Made by a program: the position numbers and the translations under genes. A stretch of DNA of 64,000 nt from Candidatus Zhuqueibacterota bacterium (lineage in GTDB: Bacteria > Zhuqueibacterota > Zhuqueibacteria > Thermofontimicrobiales > Thermofontimicrobiaceae). The notes beneath the pieces were generated by a model. That model made no database searches and was not told the origin of the DNA. It saw nothing but the letters and a program-made list of their open reading frames with translations. Positions within the stretch are counted from its first letter, which is position 1. Every line of letters starts with the position of its first letter. The stretch covers positions 733,527-797,526 of the forward strand of contig JBMOPW010000014.1 in assembly GCA_049322915.1 (NCBI GenBank), given 5' to 3'. Shown in pieces: positions 47,866-57,468 of this stretch.

Positions 47866-49653
47866 ATGAAATTCAGGTTAGTGTTTTTGGTGTTGGCAGT
47901 CGCGCTTGTGTGGCAACCGTTGCACGAGTGCGTTGCGCAGGTTGAAATAACAGCGGATGAGCTTCGCGATCACATCAGTTTTTTGGCCTCGGATTCACTC
48001 AAAGGGCGAAAACCCGGCACGCGCGAAGGGGACATCGCTGCGGAATACATTCGTGATCTGGTTGTCAAAAACGGCCTGAAGCCGGTGGGCGAAAATGGAT
48101 TTCAATATTTCAATGTGGTCACGGCCGTGGAATTGGGCGACAGGAATAGCCTGTCATTTGGTTCATTTCAGGGAGAAAACAAGCGGGACTATATTCCGCT
48201 TTCTTTCTCGGCCAATGGAAAGCTCACCGCGAATGTGGTCTTTGTCGGCTATGGTCTGGATTTTGACGCGGACAGTATTTCGTGGCACGACTATCAGAAT
48301 ATGGATGTCGCCGGAAAATGGGTGGTGATGTTATTCGGTTACCCGGAGATGAAAATTCAACCGGCCGAATTCGAAAAACAGAGCCCGATTCATAAAAAAA
48401 TCATTGTGGCAAAAGATAAAGGGTGCGCCGGCGTCCTTTTCGTCAGTGGCGAAAAATATGATCCCAAAGACGAACTGACGACGTTGTACTATGAACAGGG
48501 CAAGTCCAGCGTCGGCATGCCGGTGCTTCATGTGAAACGAAATATCGCCGATAGTCTATTCGCCGGGACAGGCAAAAATATCGCCAACCTGGAAGCGACG
48601 ATTCTCGCGGAAAAAAAGCCTGTCAGTTTCGCAACGACGAAGGAACTGACGGCGGAAGTGGACGTTGTGAAAAAGGAAGTGCGGACGCAAAACGTTGTGG
48701 CAGTGCTCGATGGCGCTGATAAGGTTCTGAAAAATGAATACATCGTTCTGGGCGCGCATTACGACCATCTTGGAATGGGCGGAATGGGTTCCGGCTCTCG
48801 CAGGCCGGACACGTTGGCGATACACAATGGCGCCGATGACAATGCCTCCGGCGTCGCCGGCATTCTGGAGATTATCGAAAAACTGGCTGCCAACAGGAAG
48901 TCGCTCAAACGAAGTATCCTGTTCATTGGCTTCGGCGCTGAGGAAATGGGCACAGTGGGTTCGAAATATTTCATAAACCACCCGCTCGTCGATTTGAAGC
49001 AGATCAAGTACATGTTCAATCTGGACATGGTGGGTCGACTGGACAAAGAGTCGCAATCCCTGTCCGTAAGCGGCACCGGCACCGCAGTCGGACTCGATTC
49101 GGTTGTGAAAACCCACACGCGGAATTCCGGCCTGTCGGCCCGGCTGTCGTCGGATGGCTACGGCCCTTCGGATCATGCGCCGTTCTACATCAGCAATATT
49201 TCGGTGCTTTCATTCATGACCAGCATCCACGCCGATTATCACACGCCCGTGGATGATGTGGAAAAGATCAATTTCGAGGGGGAGAAGAAAATCGCCGACC
49301 TGGTCTACAGTCTGATCACCGACCTGGCCAACCGCAGTGAGGTTCTGGCGTTCCAGGAAGCCGGGCCCAAAACGCAACCGGGGATGACGCGCCGCTTCAA
49401 GGTGACGCTGGGCATAATGCCGGATGTCGTGTCCACGGATATCAAAGGACTGCGGGCCGATGCGGTTCTCTCGGGCCGGCCGGCTGCCAATGCCGGCATG
49501 CAGAAAGGCGACATCATCGTGGCCATGGAGGGGAAGCCGATCCATGATATTTATGAGTACATGCACCGATTGGCGGATTTTAAGGTTGGCCAGCGCATCA
49601 GCATCGAGGTGATGCGCAACGGGAAAAAGGAGATTTTGATCGTGGAATTGTGA
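47866..49653 (+). CDS. M28 aminopeptidase with PA and PDZ domains
   Basis: GAHYDH, GADDNASG, AEEMG, NLDMVGR, SDH, YHTP; C-terminal PDZ. Confidence 0.93.
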   Translation: MKFRLVFLVLAVALVWQPLHECVAQVEITADELRDHISFLASDSLKGRKPGTREGDIAAEYIRDLVVKNGLKPVGENGFQYFNVVTAVELGDRNSLSFGSFQGENKRDYIPLSFSANGKLTANVVFVGYGLDFDADSISWHDYQNMDVAGKWVVMLFGYPEMKIQPAEFEKQSPIHKKIIVAKDKGCAGVLFVSGEKYDPKDELTTLYYEQGKSSVGMPVLHVKRNIADSLFAGTGKNIANLEATILAEKKPVSFATTKELTAEVDVVKKEVRTQNVVAVLDGADKVLKNEYIVLGAHYDHLGMGGMGSGSRRPDTLAIHNGADDNASGVAGILEIIEKLAANRKSLKRSILFIGFGAEEMGTVGSKYFINHPLVDLKQIKYMFNLDMVGRLDKESQSLSVSGTGTAVGLDSVVKTHTRNSGLSARLSSDGYGPSDHAPFYISNISVLSFMTSIHADYHTPVDDVEKINFEGEKKIADLVYSLITDLANRSEVLAFQEAGPKTQPGMTRRFKVTLGIMPDVVSTDIKGLRADAVLSGRPAANAGMQKGDIIVAMEGKPIHDIYEYMHRLADFKVGQRISIEVMRNGKKEILIVEL

Positions 49654-49728
49654 GTGTCACTGAAAAAGCAAACGGATACAGATTGCGCGTCGCAACAGGG
49701 AGACGGCGCCTGACATATTGAGGAGATA

Positions 49729-50625
49729 ATGGGAGCAGAAAAGCAATTGACGCTACGGCCCCGGAAGGTTTCCAGCGTTGTGCTGTGGATAATTTCCATT
49801 GCGCTGACAATCGGGTGTTTCACATACCAGGACAAAACCGGGCCAACCTATCCGCTGGAAGGAGAATTGCCGACGACGAAAGGCGTGGTCAATTTCAAAT
49901 TTCAGCGTAGCGAGAATATCGGAACCGATCTGAAAATATTATTGCTGGAGCCAGTGCCGGAGGGGATCACCGGATTTGTGAAATACCGGCGTTTTCGGTC
50001 TCACGATGATTGGTCGGTGATGCCAATGGAAAAAGGCGCGTTTGAATTCACGCGGCGCGGTCGCACCGAAACCGTCCGCGGGATGGGCGCTGAGTTGCCC
50101 GGCCTGGATGTGCGCGCCGGGAAGTATGAATTTTTCGTCTACGTCGATGCCGGCGAGGCCGAACCGATTTCGGTCACCGGCGAAAAGCCGGTGTACGCGC
50201 GATACAAAGGGGCAGTGCCGCACCTGGTGCTGCTGTTCCACATTCTCGCCATCTTCGCCTCCATGGCCCTGGCGATCCGAACCACCCTGGAAGCGCTTGT
50301 CGATGGGAGGTACAAAGGAATGTTGTGGGCCACGATCATTTCGTTCCTCGCCGGCGGATTCGTACTGGGCCCGTGGGTGCAGTGGTATGCGTTTGGCGTA
50401 TGGTGGTCCGGCGTGCCGTTCGGCTACGACTGGACCGACAACAAGGTGCTTGTTGAATTGGTGTTCTGGCTGATTGCGTTGTTCATGAATTGGGGCGGGA
50501 AGCGGAATCGCTGGTCAATTTACCTGGCCGGCGTTGTGACGCTATTCATCTATTTTATCCCGCACAGCATTTTTGGCTCGGAGTACGATTTCCGAACCGG
50601 CCGCGGTCGCGGCACAATCGGATGA
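49729..50625 (+). CDS. conserved-looking membrane protein
   Basis: GAGGAG RBS; one N-terminal and about four C-terminal TM helices; DWTDNK motif. Confidence 0.75.
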   Translation: MGAEKQLTLRPRKVSSVVLWIISIALTIGCFTYQDKTGPTYPLEGELPTTKGVVNFKFQRSENIGTDLKILLLEPVPEGITGFVKYRRFRSHDDWSVMPMEKGAFEFTRRGRTETVRGMGAELPGLDVRAGKYEFFVYVDAGEAEPISVTGEKPVYARYKGAVPHLVLLFHILAIFASMALAIRTTLEALVDGRYKGMLWATIISFLAGGFVLGPWVQWYAFGVWWSGVPFGYDWTDNKVLVELVFWLIALFMNWGGKRNRWSIYLAGVVTLFIYFIPHSIFGSEYDFRTGRGRGTIG

Positions 50626-50678
50626 GTCGGCGGCCGGCGCCGACCGGTTGGTAGCGGACGAATTTTACGCGTGAAATG

Positions 50679-50716
50679 AAAAAGGGCATCTGTTCCGGGG
50701 AAGAGATGCCCTTTTT
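50679..50716. terminator. bidirectional intrinsic terminator
   Basis: AAAAGGGCATCT...AGATGCCCTTTT between convergent genes. Confidence 0.8.
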
Positions 50717-50739
50717 ATTTAAAACGCCTGTCACAAGGC

Positions 50740-51213
50740 TCATTCCAAAGGACGATTGACATATTCGGAATATTCATTGATCGTCTGTTGATAGGGCTCC
50801 GAGAATAACGGCGACGAGATGATGAAATCGGCCGAAGCGCGATTACACGCCACCGGTATGTTGTACACCGTGGCGATTCGCAGCAGCGCTTTGACGTCCA
50901 CGTCATGGGGCTGGGGCTGCATCGGATCCCAGAAAAAGATGAGCACATCGATGGCGCCCTCGGATATTTTGGCGCCTAATTGCTGGTCCCCGCCCAGCGG
51001 GCCGGACTTCAATTTCACGATAGGCGCTATTTCAGCAGCCATTTCGTTCTGCGCCAATTTCGATTGAACCAGTTGTTCGATGAGTCGGCCGGTCGTGCCG
51101 GTGCAGATGATCTGATGATTCACCAGACAATCGAAATTCCATTCCACCCATTCGATCAGATCTTGTTTCCGATGATCGTGCGCGACCAGCGCGATGTTTT
51201 TTTGTTTTTTCAT
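50740..51213 (-). CDS. mgsA: methylglyoxal synthase
   Basis: IALVAHD, TGTTG, SGPLGGDQQ, FFWDP, PHDVDVKALLR. Confidence 0.97.
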   Translation of the reverse strand: MKKQKNIALVAHDHRKQDLIEWVEWNFDCLVNHQIICTGTTGRLIEQLVQSKLAQNEMAAEIAPIVKLKSGPLGGDQQLGAKISEGAIDVLIFFWDPMQPQPHDVDVKALLRIATVYNIPVACNRASADFIISSPLFSEPYQQTINEYSEYVNRPLE

Positions 51214-51359
51214 ACGTTGACCTGTATTGCGTATCAGCTAATTTGGTTAGAGAAATATAAAGATCTTTTTTACTTATTCCAATTCATTCGAAGCTATTGA
51301 GTCTTTGAAAAAATCTCATTATATAAAAAACAACAAATGAGATATGTGTATTTTTTTTT

Positions 51360-51562
51360 CACTGCCGGACACTTTTCAAATTATGCTCGGTAGAGCTGTC
51401 ATTCCCGCATGTTTTTGGCGGGAATCTCCCAAAATATTGTCAAATGGATGCCCGAAAGAAGCCCAGTCTGTCATCCTTTATAAATTTAATGGAAGCTGGA
51501 CATGGCATTCGGGCATGACAAATTAATCAAAAATGTCATTTTGGAAAAAGTGTCCGGTAGCG
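51360..51562. mobile_element. ~203-bp MITE-like element sharing its core with the 199-bp MITE but with different ends
   Basis: TIR CACTGCCGGACACTTTT / AAAAGTGTCCGGTAGCG; core GTCATTCCCGCATG...CATTCGGGCATGAC. Confidence 0.75.
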
Positions 51563-51579
51563 AGATTTTTTTATAAGTA

Positions 51580-52167
51580 TCATCTATCCCACTCTGAAAA
51601 TTTTCGATTTAGATCTTCGATGAATTTTTTCAATGAAGCATCAGCCTTCATTGCTCGTTGGATATTCATGTTACTGATAATGTCATGAGCGAATTCTATA
51701 CCACCAAGTAAAGGTGTAACCCCAGTAGCTGCAACTGCCTCATACAGCAGTCGCTTATAACGATTTTTCTCACATTTTTTGTCGGGCGCTTGGCATCCCT
51801 GCCCCAGAACTGTCTTAAATGCTGAAGAATCAAGAAGCAGCCAACGTTCGATGTGCGGGTCTGGGATTGCATGGATAGTTAAATACTGATATTGTAGGTT
51901 TACTTTCTCGATTTCTGTCTTTGTTTTCAAATAGGTTTGGCAGTTTGCGTCAATTGCGATTATGATCACGTCGGGCAATTTTTCTTGCTCGTAGGGAAGG
52001 ATTTTTAGATATGAAGCAAATTCAGAGACAGCTTTACCATGTCCGCCACGTGCATTTCTAACAATCACATCGATATCAATACTTTTCTCAGTTGCTATTT
52101 TATAAACGAGTGCACTGATGCACGTCTCATGAGCGTAATCTTCAGCAAATAATACCACTCTACGCAT
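51580..52167 (-). CDS. DUF4276-like TOPRIM-fold protein
   Basis: LFAED, IIAIDAN, HIERWLLLD motifs; overlaps ATPase stop. Confidence 0.7.
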   Translation of the reverse strand: MRRVVLFAEDYAHETCISALVYKIATEKSIDIDVIVRNARGGHGKAVSEFASYLKILPYEQEKLPDVIIIAIDANCQTYLKTKTEIEKVNLQYQYLTIHAIPDPHIERWLLLDSSAFKTVLGQGCQAPDKKCEKNRYKRLLYEAVAATGVTPLLGGIEFAHDIISNMNIQRAMKADASLKKFIEDLNRKFSEWDR

Positions 52168-53467
52168 CGAAATCTCCACGCATGATTCTATCTGAAATAG
52201 AAAATTCTTCTATATTAAGAGCCTGGTCAATTTCTTTCCCTCTTGCTAAATTTCCCCACGCTTCAAATGGTTTGATAATTGTTCCTTCTTTTGTTTTCCG
52301 ACAGACAAACAAATTTTTGTCATCAACCACATCGAGTAGGGTCGGTGAATGCGTTGTGACAAGCAATTGAGTTTTATTTTCGATCGTGAGGTTGTTAAGG
52401 AGGTCAGCGATCATTTTTATTCGTCTTGGGTGAATACCATTTTCTGGTTCTTCAAAACCAATGAGTACGGGTAATTCCTTTGCACCGCTTATTGCTAATA
52501 AACCCAGAATGCGGAGAGTCCCTTCGGATATAATTCTGGCAGAAACTGGTATTTCACCTTCAAACAATTTTAATTCAACTTCTCCTAATTCATTGACATC
52601 AACTTCAAGCTTTTCAATTTGAGGAACGATTAAATGGAGTGTTTTTCCAATAGCTTGTAATTGTCGGTCATCAATAGCACGTAGAGTGTTTAAGTAAGCA
52701 GCCAGTTCTTCTCCCATAAGACCAATGTGCCTTACTTCTTTGACAGGGTTCGGTGAACGCATACGCTCTCTTGGTTCAAAATAGAAAAATAACCATCGGG
52801 ATAACTCCTCTCGCAAAGCAGCGACATGTGGGAAGTGCGGTAGATATAACGATGAAGAAATTATTGCGTGATCAAGATACCGCTCATAATAGGTAGGATG
52901 GGCTTGCCCTTCCGTTCTTAAGTGCAATCTATTTTCTACATGTTCTAAAAAAGGTTTTCTTTTTTTGTTGATTTCACCATCCGGATTGAGAGCCGCCAAA
53001 TATTCATCAGCAACTCTTAACATACCACTTCTGGGGAAAATCTCAATTGCGATGCGATAGAGTAAAAATTTTTCTTTAACGCCCACGATCTTCTTTGCTG
53101 TGATATCCTCAGATTTTTTATCATCTTTGCCTTTTCTCATTTCGGTGATCTGTCGATTTACCGAGTTGATCACAGATTCGGATAATTCAACTTCGATCTC
53201 AAATTCAAATTTGGCGCTTTCTTTTTCCAATAATCCTTTAATACCTTTTTCAGGCAAGGCAAACGATTCAATTGGTTTCCCGCGATAGGGTGGATCAAAT
53301 GCTTCTTTTAATGTTCGACTTGTAGCAATTCTAGATAAAAGTTGCATAGCGTCAAGAAAATTACTTTTGCCTGAAGCATTAGGCCCGAATAGAATGGATA
53401 AATTCTTAAGCGAAACATCTAAATTTTTAAAGGACTTGTAGCCTTTAATCCTAATTCTTTTAAGCAT
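52160..53467 (-). CDS. ABC-type (AAA_15/AAA_21-like) ATPase
   Basis: Walker A GPNASGKSN, signature ISEGT, Walker B/D-loop FEEPENGIHP, H-loop TTHSP. Confidence 0.92.
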   Translation of the reverse strand: MLKRIRIKGYKSFKNLDVSLKNLSILFGPNASGKSNFLDAMQLLSRIATSRTLKEAFDPPYRGKPIESFALPEKGIKGLLEKESAKFEFEIEVELSESVINSVNRQITEMRKGKDDKKSEDITAKKIVGVKEKFLLYRIAIEIFPRSGMLRVADEYLAALNPDGEINKKRKPFLEHVENRLHLRTEGQAHPTYYERYLDHAIISSSLYLPHFPHVAALREELSRWLFFYFEPRERMRSPNPVKEVRHIGLMGEELAAYLNTLRAIDDRQLQAIGKTLHLIVPQIEKLEVDVNELGEVELKLFEGEIPVSARIISEGTLRILGLLAISGAKELPVLIGFEEPENGIHPRRIKMIADLLNNLTIENKTQLLVTTHSPTLLDVVDDKNLFVCRKTKEGTIIKPFEAWGNLARGKEIDQALNIEEFSISDRIMRGDFDA

Positions 53468-53619
53468 TGTGCAACTCCATGCCGATAACATATTTATTTT
53501 GGAGAATAGAACCAGTTAAATTTCCCCAATGAGTAACCTGAATCTCTCCTTCGACAATTTGACCACGTCATAAATGACGTGGAAATTCATTGAAAAAGTT
53601 AAAAGTTAGATAATTTAAA

Positions 53620-53696
53620 TAGCCCCGACTTTTAAGTCGGAGAACAGAAATTCACCTCTGATTTTGGGACCTCGTCCCCCTTTTTAGAGTGGACTC
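53620..53696. repeat. partial inverted copy of the 16089-16218 element
   Basis: Reverse complement reads GAGTCCACTCTAAAAAG...TTTCTGTTCTCCGACTTAAAAGTCGGGGCTAT. Confidence 0.7.
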
Positions 53697-53814
53697 ATCA
53701 ATAAATATCATAGAAAAATATAGCAAGATTAATATTGTTAATCAAGCGTTAAAATTGCCAGATGATTTTTTTAATAGAGTCCAATCTGTGATGGATGCCA
53801 GCCAGCATTCACTC

Positions 53815-55743
53815 TCACCAGCCGCCGCCGCCACCACCTCCGCCACCTCCGCCGGAGGAACCACCGCCGCTACTGCCGGACCTGGAGCCGGGCGCATGCG
53901 ACGATGAAGAAATGGCGCTGGACAACGAAGACCCCAGGTTCGCTGAAAATCCGGTGCTGCTGAATGCGCTCAGGCTTTTTCCACTGTACCAGGCGGGGGA
54001 ATAGGTGGCGCTGCCCTGACTGGCGCGGCTCAATATGTCCGCGAATTTTTCTGTCCAGGCGACCTCCACATCCAGCGCTAATGCATAAGGCAAAAATTTC
54101 TCGAATAATTCCGGCGTCTTGTGAGGCGCATCGAGCATGTTCAGCCGATCCTCTTCGGCGGTTTCGAGGTACATTTTAAAACCCTCGATGTGATCCATCA
54201 TTTTCCGGCCCAGAATGGTCGGCGCTTTCAACAGCCGGTAAAAAAGGATGTCGAGGAAAATGACGATGAAGACTATCAGCACAGAGAGCGGCGAGGTGAT
54301 CCCGGCAAATCCGAAAAAGACCAATATCTCTGCCGCAAGAAAGGGTAGCGCGAACAGCGTGAGGATCAGCGGGCCGCCAAACTTGAAGACGCTTGTTTTG
54401 GCAGAGTCGATTGCCGTTTTCCAGGCCTTGAACGACATGTACACCATCATCGTGACCCCGGCCGACCATCCGGTCAGCCAGACCGCCAGCATGCCGGCGA
54501 CCGTCGGCTGCGCGGAGGTCAATGCAATGGCTGCAAAGATCACAACCGTGAACAGAATGCCAAATACCATCTTGCCGGAATTCTTGCGGAAGTGCAGCTT
54601 TTCGAAATCCTGCTTCAGACTTTTCTTCAGCGCCGTAATTGCCTTTTGCAAGACCTGATGATTGGACTGCTTGATCTCGACCGTGTCTTTATAGGCGAAC
54701 AGTATCCCTGCGATGCTTTTTTCGCCGGCGGACAGGGTTGAATCTTTCAGCCTGACGCGGCGGAGCACATAAGCGCCGGCGTTATCCGTGATGGTCAAAT
54801 ATCCTTTCACCGCCAGATTCACAATGGCAGACGAGAAGACCCGATCGCTATAGCCCATCCGCATGACGTACCGCGTCGCGGCCGGGGAAAAGCCCGGGGG
54901 CGGTTCAAAGCGAGGGATGATGACGCCCTTCTCAGGGTCTTTTCCCACATTCAGCCAGACCAGATAGTAGTACAGAAAGAGGATGATAAGCCCCAAAAAC
55001 GCGACGACCGTATTTTTATTATCAACGAAAAGAAAACCAATTTTGTGTTGCGAGGAGGGTTCCGGAATCAGGCCCTTCTGCCAGGAGATCGCAATGGTGA
55101 TTCCTTCGTGAGGATTCAGGATGGTGGTTGTTGTAAACCGGGTGTTCCCGTTTGCGTCCGTGTCGACGGCGTAATCGGTCCCCTGAGCGCCCTGACTGCC
55201 GGTGTAGGCAATTATATGGATCGGCGTCGCTTCGGCCGGAAGCTCGACGATGGCTTCGACACGTTCGATTGAAAAATCCCAGTCGAGGCCGGTCACATTC
55301 CAGTAAAGCTCGTCGAATTCCTTGAAGAATCCAATCTGTCGATCGCACTCATAGGTGAAGGTGTAGGTGTATTCCCCTGGATCAAGATAGACATCGCTGC
55401 TGCCAAAATAGACCTTGACTCCGTTGCCGGCATCCTCTGTATGATAGGGCTCTGGCGAGCCATTTTTTTGGACGTCCAGAATTGTAAAGTTGATCCGAAC
55501 GCGATTTCCGAATCGATCCCGATACTGAGTGGGAAAAGTTCGGTAGATGCCCCGCTGAATGACTGCGCCGGTTGAAACGACCCGGACGGTCTCGGTCACC
55601 TGAATGGTTCGGTCTTTTCTGACGCAGATGTAGCTTTTGAAGTCCAGAATTCGCTCCACCTCGTCGGCAATAATCACAGGGTGCAGCAAGATGATGGACA
55701 GGATTATTGTGAAGAAAGAGAGCATTCGTTTATGAGCAACCAT
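53815..55743 (-). CDS. DUF2207 family membrane protein
   Basis: RGIYRTFP, ELYWNVTG, LPYALAL, Gly/Ser-rich GGGGGW tail; follows lemA. Confidence 0.92.
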   Translation of the reverse strand: MVAHKRMLSFFTIILSIILLHPVIIADEVERILDFKSYICVRKDRTIQVTETVRVVSTGAVIQRGIYRTFPTQYRDRFGNRVRINFTILDVQKNGSPEPYHTEDAGNGVKVYFGSSDVYLDPGEYTYTFTYECDRQIGFFKEFDELYWNVTGLDWDFSIERVEAIVELPAEATPIHIIAYTGSQGAQGTDYAVDTDANGNTRFTTTTILNPHEGITIAISWQKGLIPEPSSQHKIGFLFVDNKNTVVAFLGLIILFLYYYLVWLNVGKDPEKGVIIPRFEPPPGFSPAATRYVMRMGYSDRVFSSAIVNLAVKGYLTITDNAGAYVLRRVRLKDSTLSAGEKSIAGILFAYKDTVEIKQSNHQVLQKAITALKKSLKQDFEKLHFRKNSGKMVFGILFTVVIFAAIALTSAQPTVAGMLAVWLTGWSAGVTMMVYMSFKAWKTAIDSAKTSVFKFGGPLILTLFALPFLAAEILVFFGFAGITSPLSVLIVFIVIFLDILFYRLLKAPTILGRKMMDHIEGFKMYLETAEEDRLNMLDAPHKTPELFEKFLPYALALDVEVAWTEKFADILSRASQGSATYSPAWYSGKSLSAFSSTGFSANLGSSLSSAISSSSHAPGSRSGSSGGGSSGGGGGGGGGGGW

Positions 55744-55761
55744 AGCATCTCCAGCGCTGAG

Positions 55762-56316
55762 TTAGAATTGCACTTTGGGCGCTGCGCGCTCCGATTCATT
55801 ATCCAGTTGAAAGAAGTTCTCCTGTTTGAATTGAAAACGCTGAGCGACCAACTTCTGCGGAAAGGTTTCGATGAGAATGTTGAAATCGCGCACCGCGCCA
55901 TTGTAGTAGCGCCGCGCCATTTGCAAATGATCTTCGATTTCGCCCATTTGCCGCTGCAAGTCCAGAAAGGTCTCGTTGGCCTTCAGATTGGGATAGTTTT
56001 CGGCGACGGCGAACAGGTTCGTCAACGAGCGGGACAGTGAACTTTCGACCTGAGCCCGGGCGTCTTTGTCGTCTGTCTTGATGCTTTTGGTGCGCAGGGT
56101 CGTGATTTCGGTGAGCAGATTCTTTTCATGCTGCATATATCCTTTCACCGATTCGATGAGGTTGGGCACCAGATCCGTCCTCCGTTTGAGCTGCACATCC
56201 ACGCCGCTCCAGCCTTCGGCAACCAGATTTTTCTTTCGCACGAGATTGTTGTAGACCGAAATCGCCCAGAAAATGACCAGGACGATGAGTCCGAGGATGA
56301 TGTACACAATCGGCAT
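55762..56316 (-). CDS. lemA: LemA family protein
   Basis: YNNLV, DVQLKRR.DLVPNL, AENYPNLKA, ARRYYN. Confidence 0.95.
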   Translation of the reverse strand: MPIVYIILGLIVLVIFWAISVYNNLVRKKNLVAEGWSGVDVQLKRRTDLVPNLIESVKGYMQHEKNLLTEITTLRTKSIKTDDKDARAQVESSLSRSLTNLFAVAENYPNLKANETFLDLQRQMGEIEDHLQMARRYYNGAVRDFNILIETFPQKLVAQRFQFKQENFFQLDNESERAAPKVQF

Positions 56317-56439
56317 AACGTGGCTCCTTTCATCAGAAGTAATGAAAAAAATGAATTCCACCGTGGTTGGGAATTCATCGGAAAATCGACGGTGGTTCCC
56401 ATACAAATGAAGAGAAAAAATTTCACGAAACGTTTTTCA

Positions 56440-57468
56440 TCAATAACTCGACGCATCCAGTTTCACCTTGCCGCGGAAAATCCAGTAAATGCTGACGGTG
56501 TAGGAAATGACCAGGGGAATGCCGATGAGCGCGATGATCAGCATTATTTTCAGCGTTTGCTGAGACGATGCAGCATTGAAAATGGACAGGCTGTATTCCG
56601 GATTCGATGAGGACAGCACTAAATTGGGAAATATGCCAATGCCGAAAATGGCCATCAGCGCGATGATCGCGGCGCAGGATGAAAGAAAAGCGTGAAAGTC
56701 CCGGCCGTGGATTATTTCGCGCGGGATATTGGCAATGGCTAACATGTTCAAAAAAGGCAGCAGGAACAACACCGGGTGCAACTTGAAAAAGTGCAGCATG
56801 CGCGGCACATAAATCAGCGTGATCATGGTGGTGGTCACGTAGCACAGGATGAAAAAAATGATGGTGCTATTGACCCAGCCGCGGATTTTGTCGTGCAATT
56901 CTCCTTCGGTTTTCAATACGACATAGATAGCGCCGTGCATCATGAACAGCGCAACGGTGGTGAGTCCGGTGACCAGCGCGTACGGGTGAAAGAGGCTCAG
57001 GAACGCGCCGGTGAATTCGCCTTCGGCGTCGAGCGGAACGCCGAGGATGATGTTGCCCAGCGCCACGCCGAGGACAAAGCTGGACACGATGCTGCTGAGG
57101 CTGAAGCTGATGTCCCACATTTGCCGCCACCAGGCCATGGGCTGTTTGCTGCGAAATTCGATGGCAACGGCGCGGAAGATGAGACAGAAGAGGAAAATCA
57201 TGAACGCCATGTAGAATCCGGACAGGGTCGCGGCGTAGACTTTGGGGAATGCGGCGAACAAAGCGCCGCCGCCGGTCACCAGCCAGACTTCATTTCCATC
57301 CCAGACCGGCCCGATGGCATTGATCATTGTCCTTCGTTCGGCATCGGTGCGGGTGAACAGATGCAGTGCGCCCACGCCGAGATCGAATCCATCCAGAACA
57401 GCATACCCGGTGAATAGCGCTCCGACAATCAAAAACCAGATTGTGTTCAAATCAAATGTGAAATTCAT
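56440..57468 (-). CDS. cydB: cytochrome bd ubiquinol oxidase subunit II
   Basis: LDGFDLGVG, PVWDGNEVWL, RAVAIEFR. Confidence 0.96.
   Translation of the reverse strand: MNFTFDLNTIWFLIVGALFTGYAVLDGFDLGVGALHLFTRTDAERRTMINAIGPVWDGNEVWLVTGGGALFAAFPKVYAATLSGFYMAFMIFLFCLIFRAVAIEFRSKQPMAWWRQMWDISFSLSSIVSSFVLGVALGNIILGVPLDAEGEFTGAFLSLFHPYALVTGLTTVALFMMHGAIYVVLKTEGELHDKIRGWVNSTIIFFILCYVTTTMITLIYVPRMLHFFKLHPVLFLLPFLNMLAIANIPREIIHGRDFHAFLSSCAAIIALMAIFGIGIFPNLVLSSSNPEYSLSIFNAASSQQTLKIMLIIALIGIPLVISYTVSIYWIFRGKVKLDASSY

Noticed and set aside
53795..54004. Pro-rich plus-strand ORF
   Set aside because: Antisense of the Gly-rich DUF2207 tail
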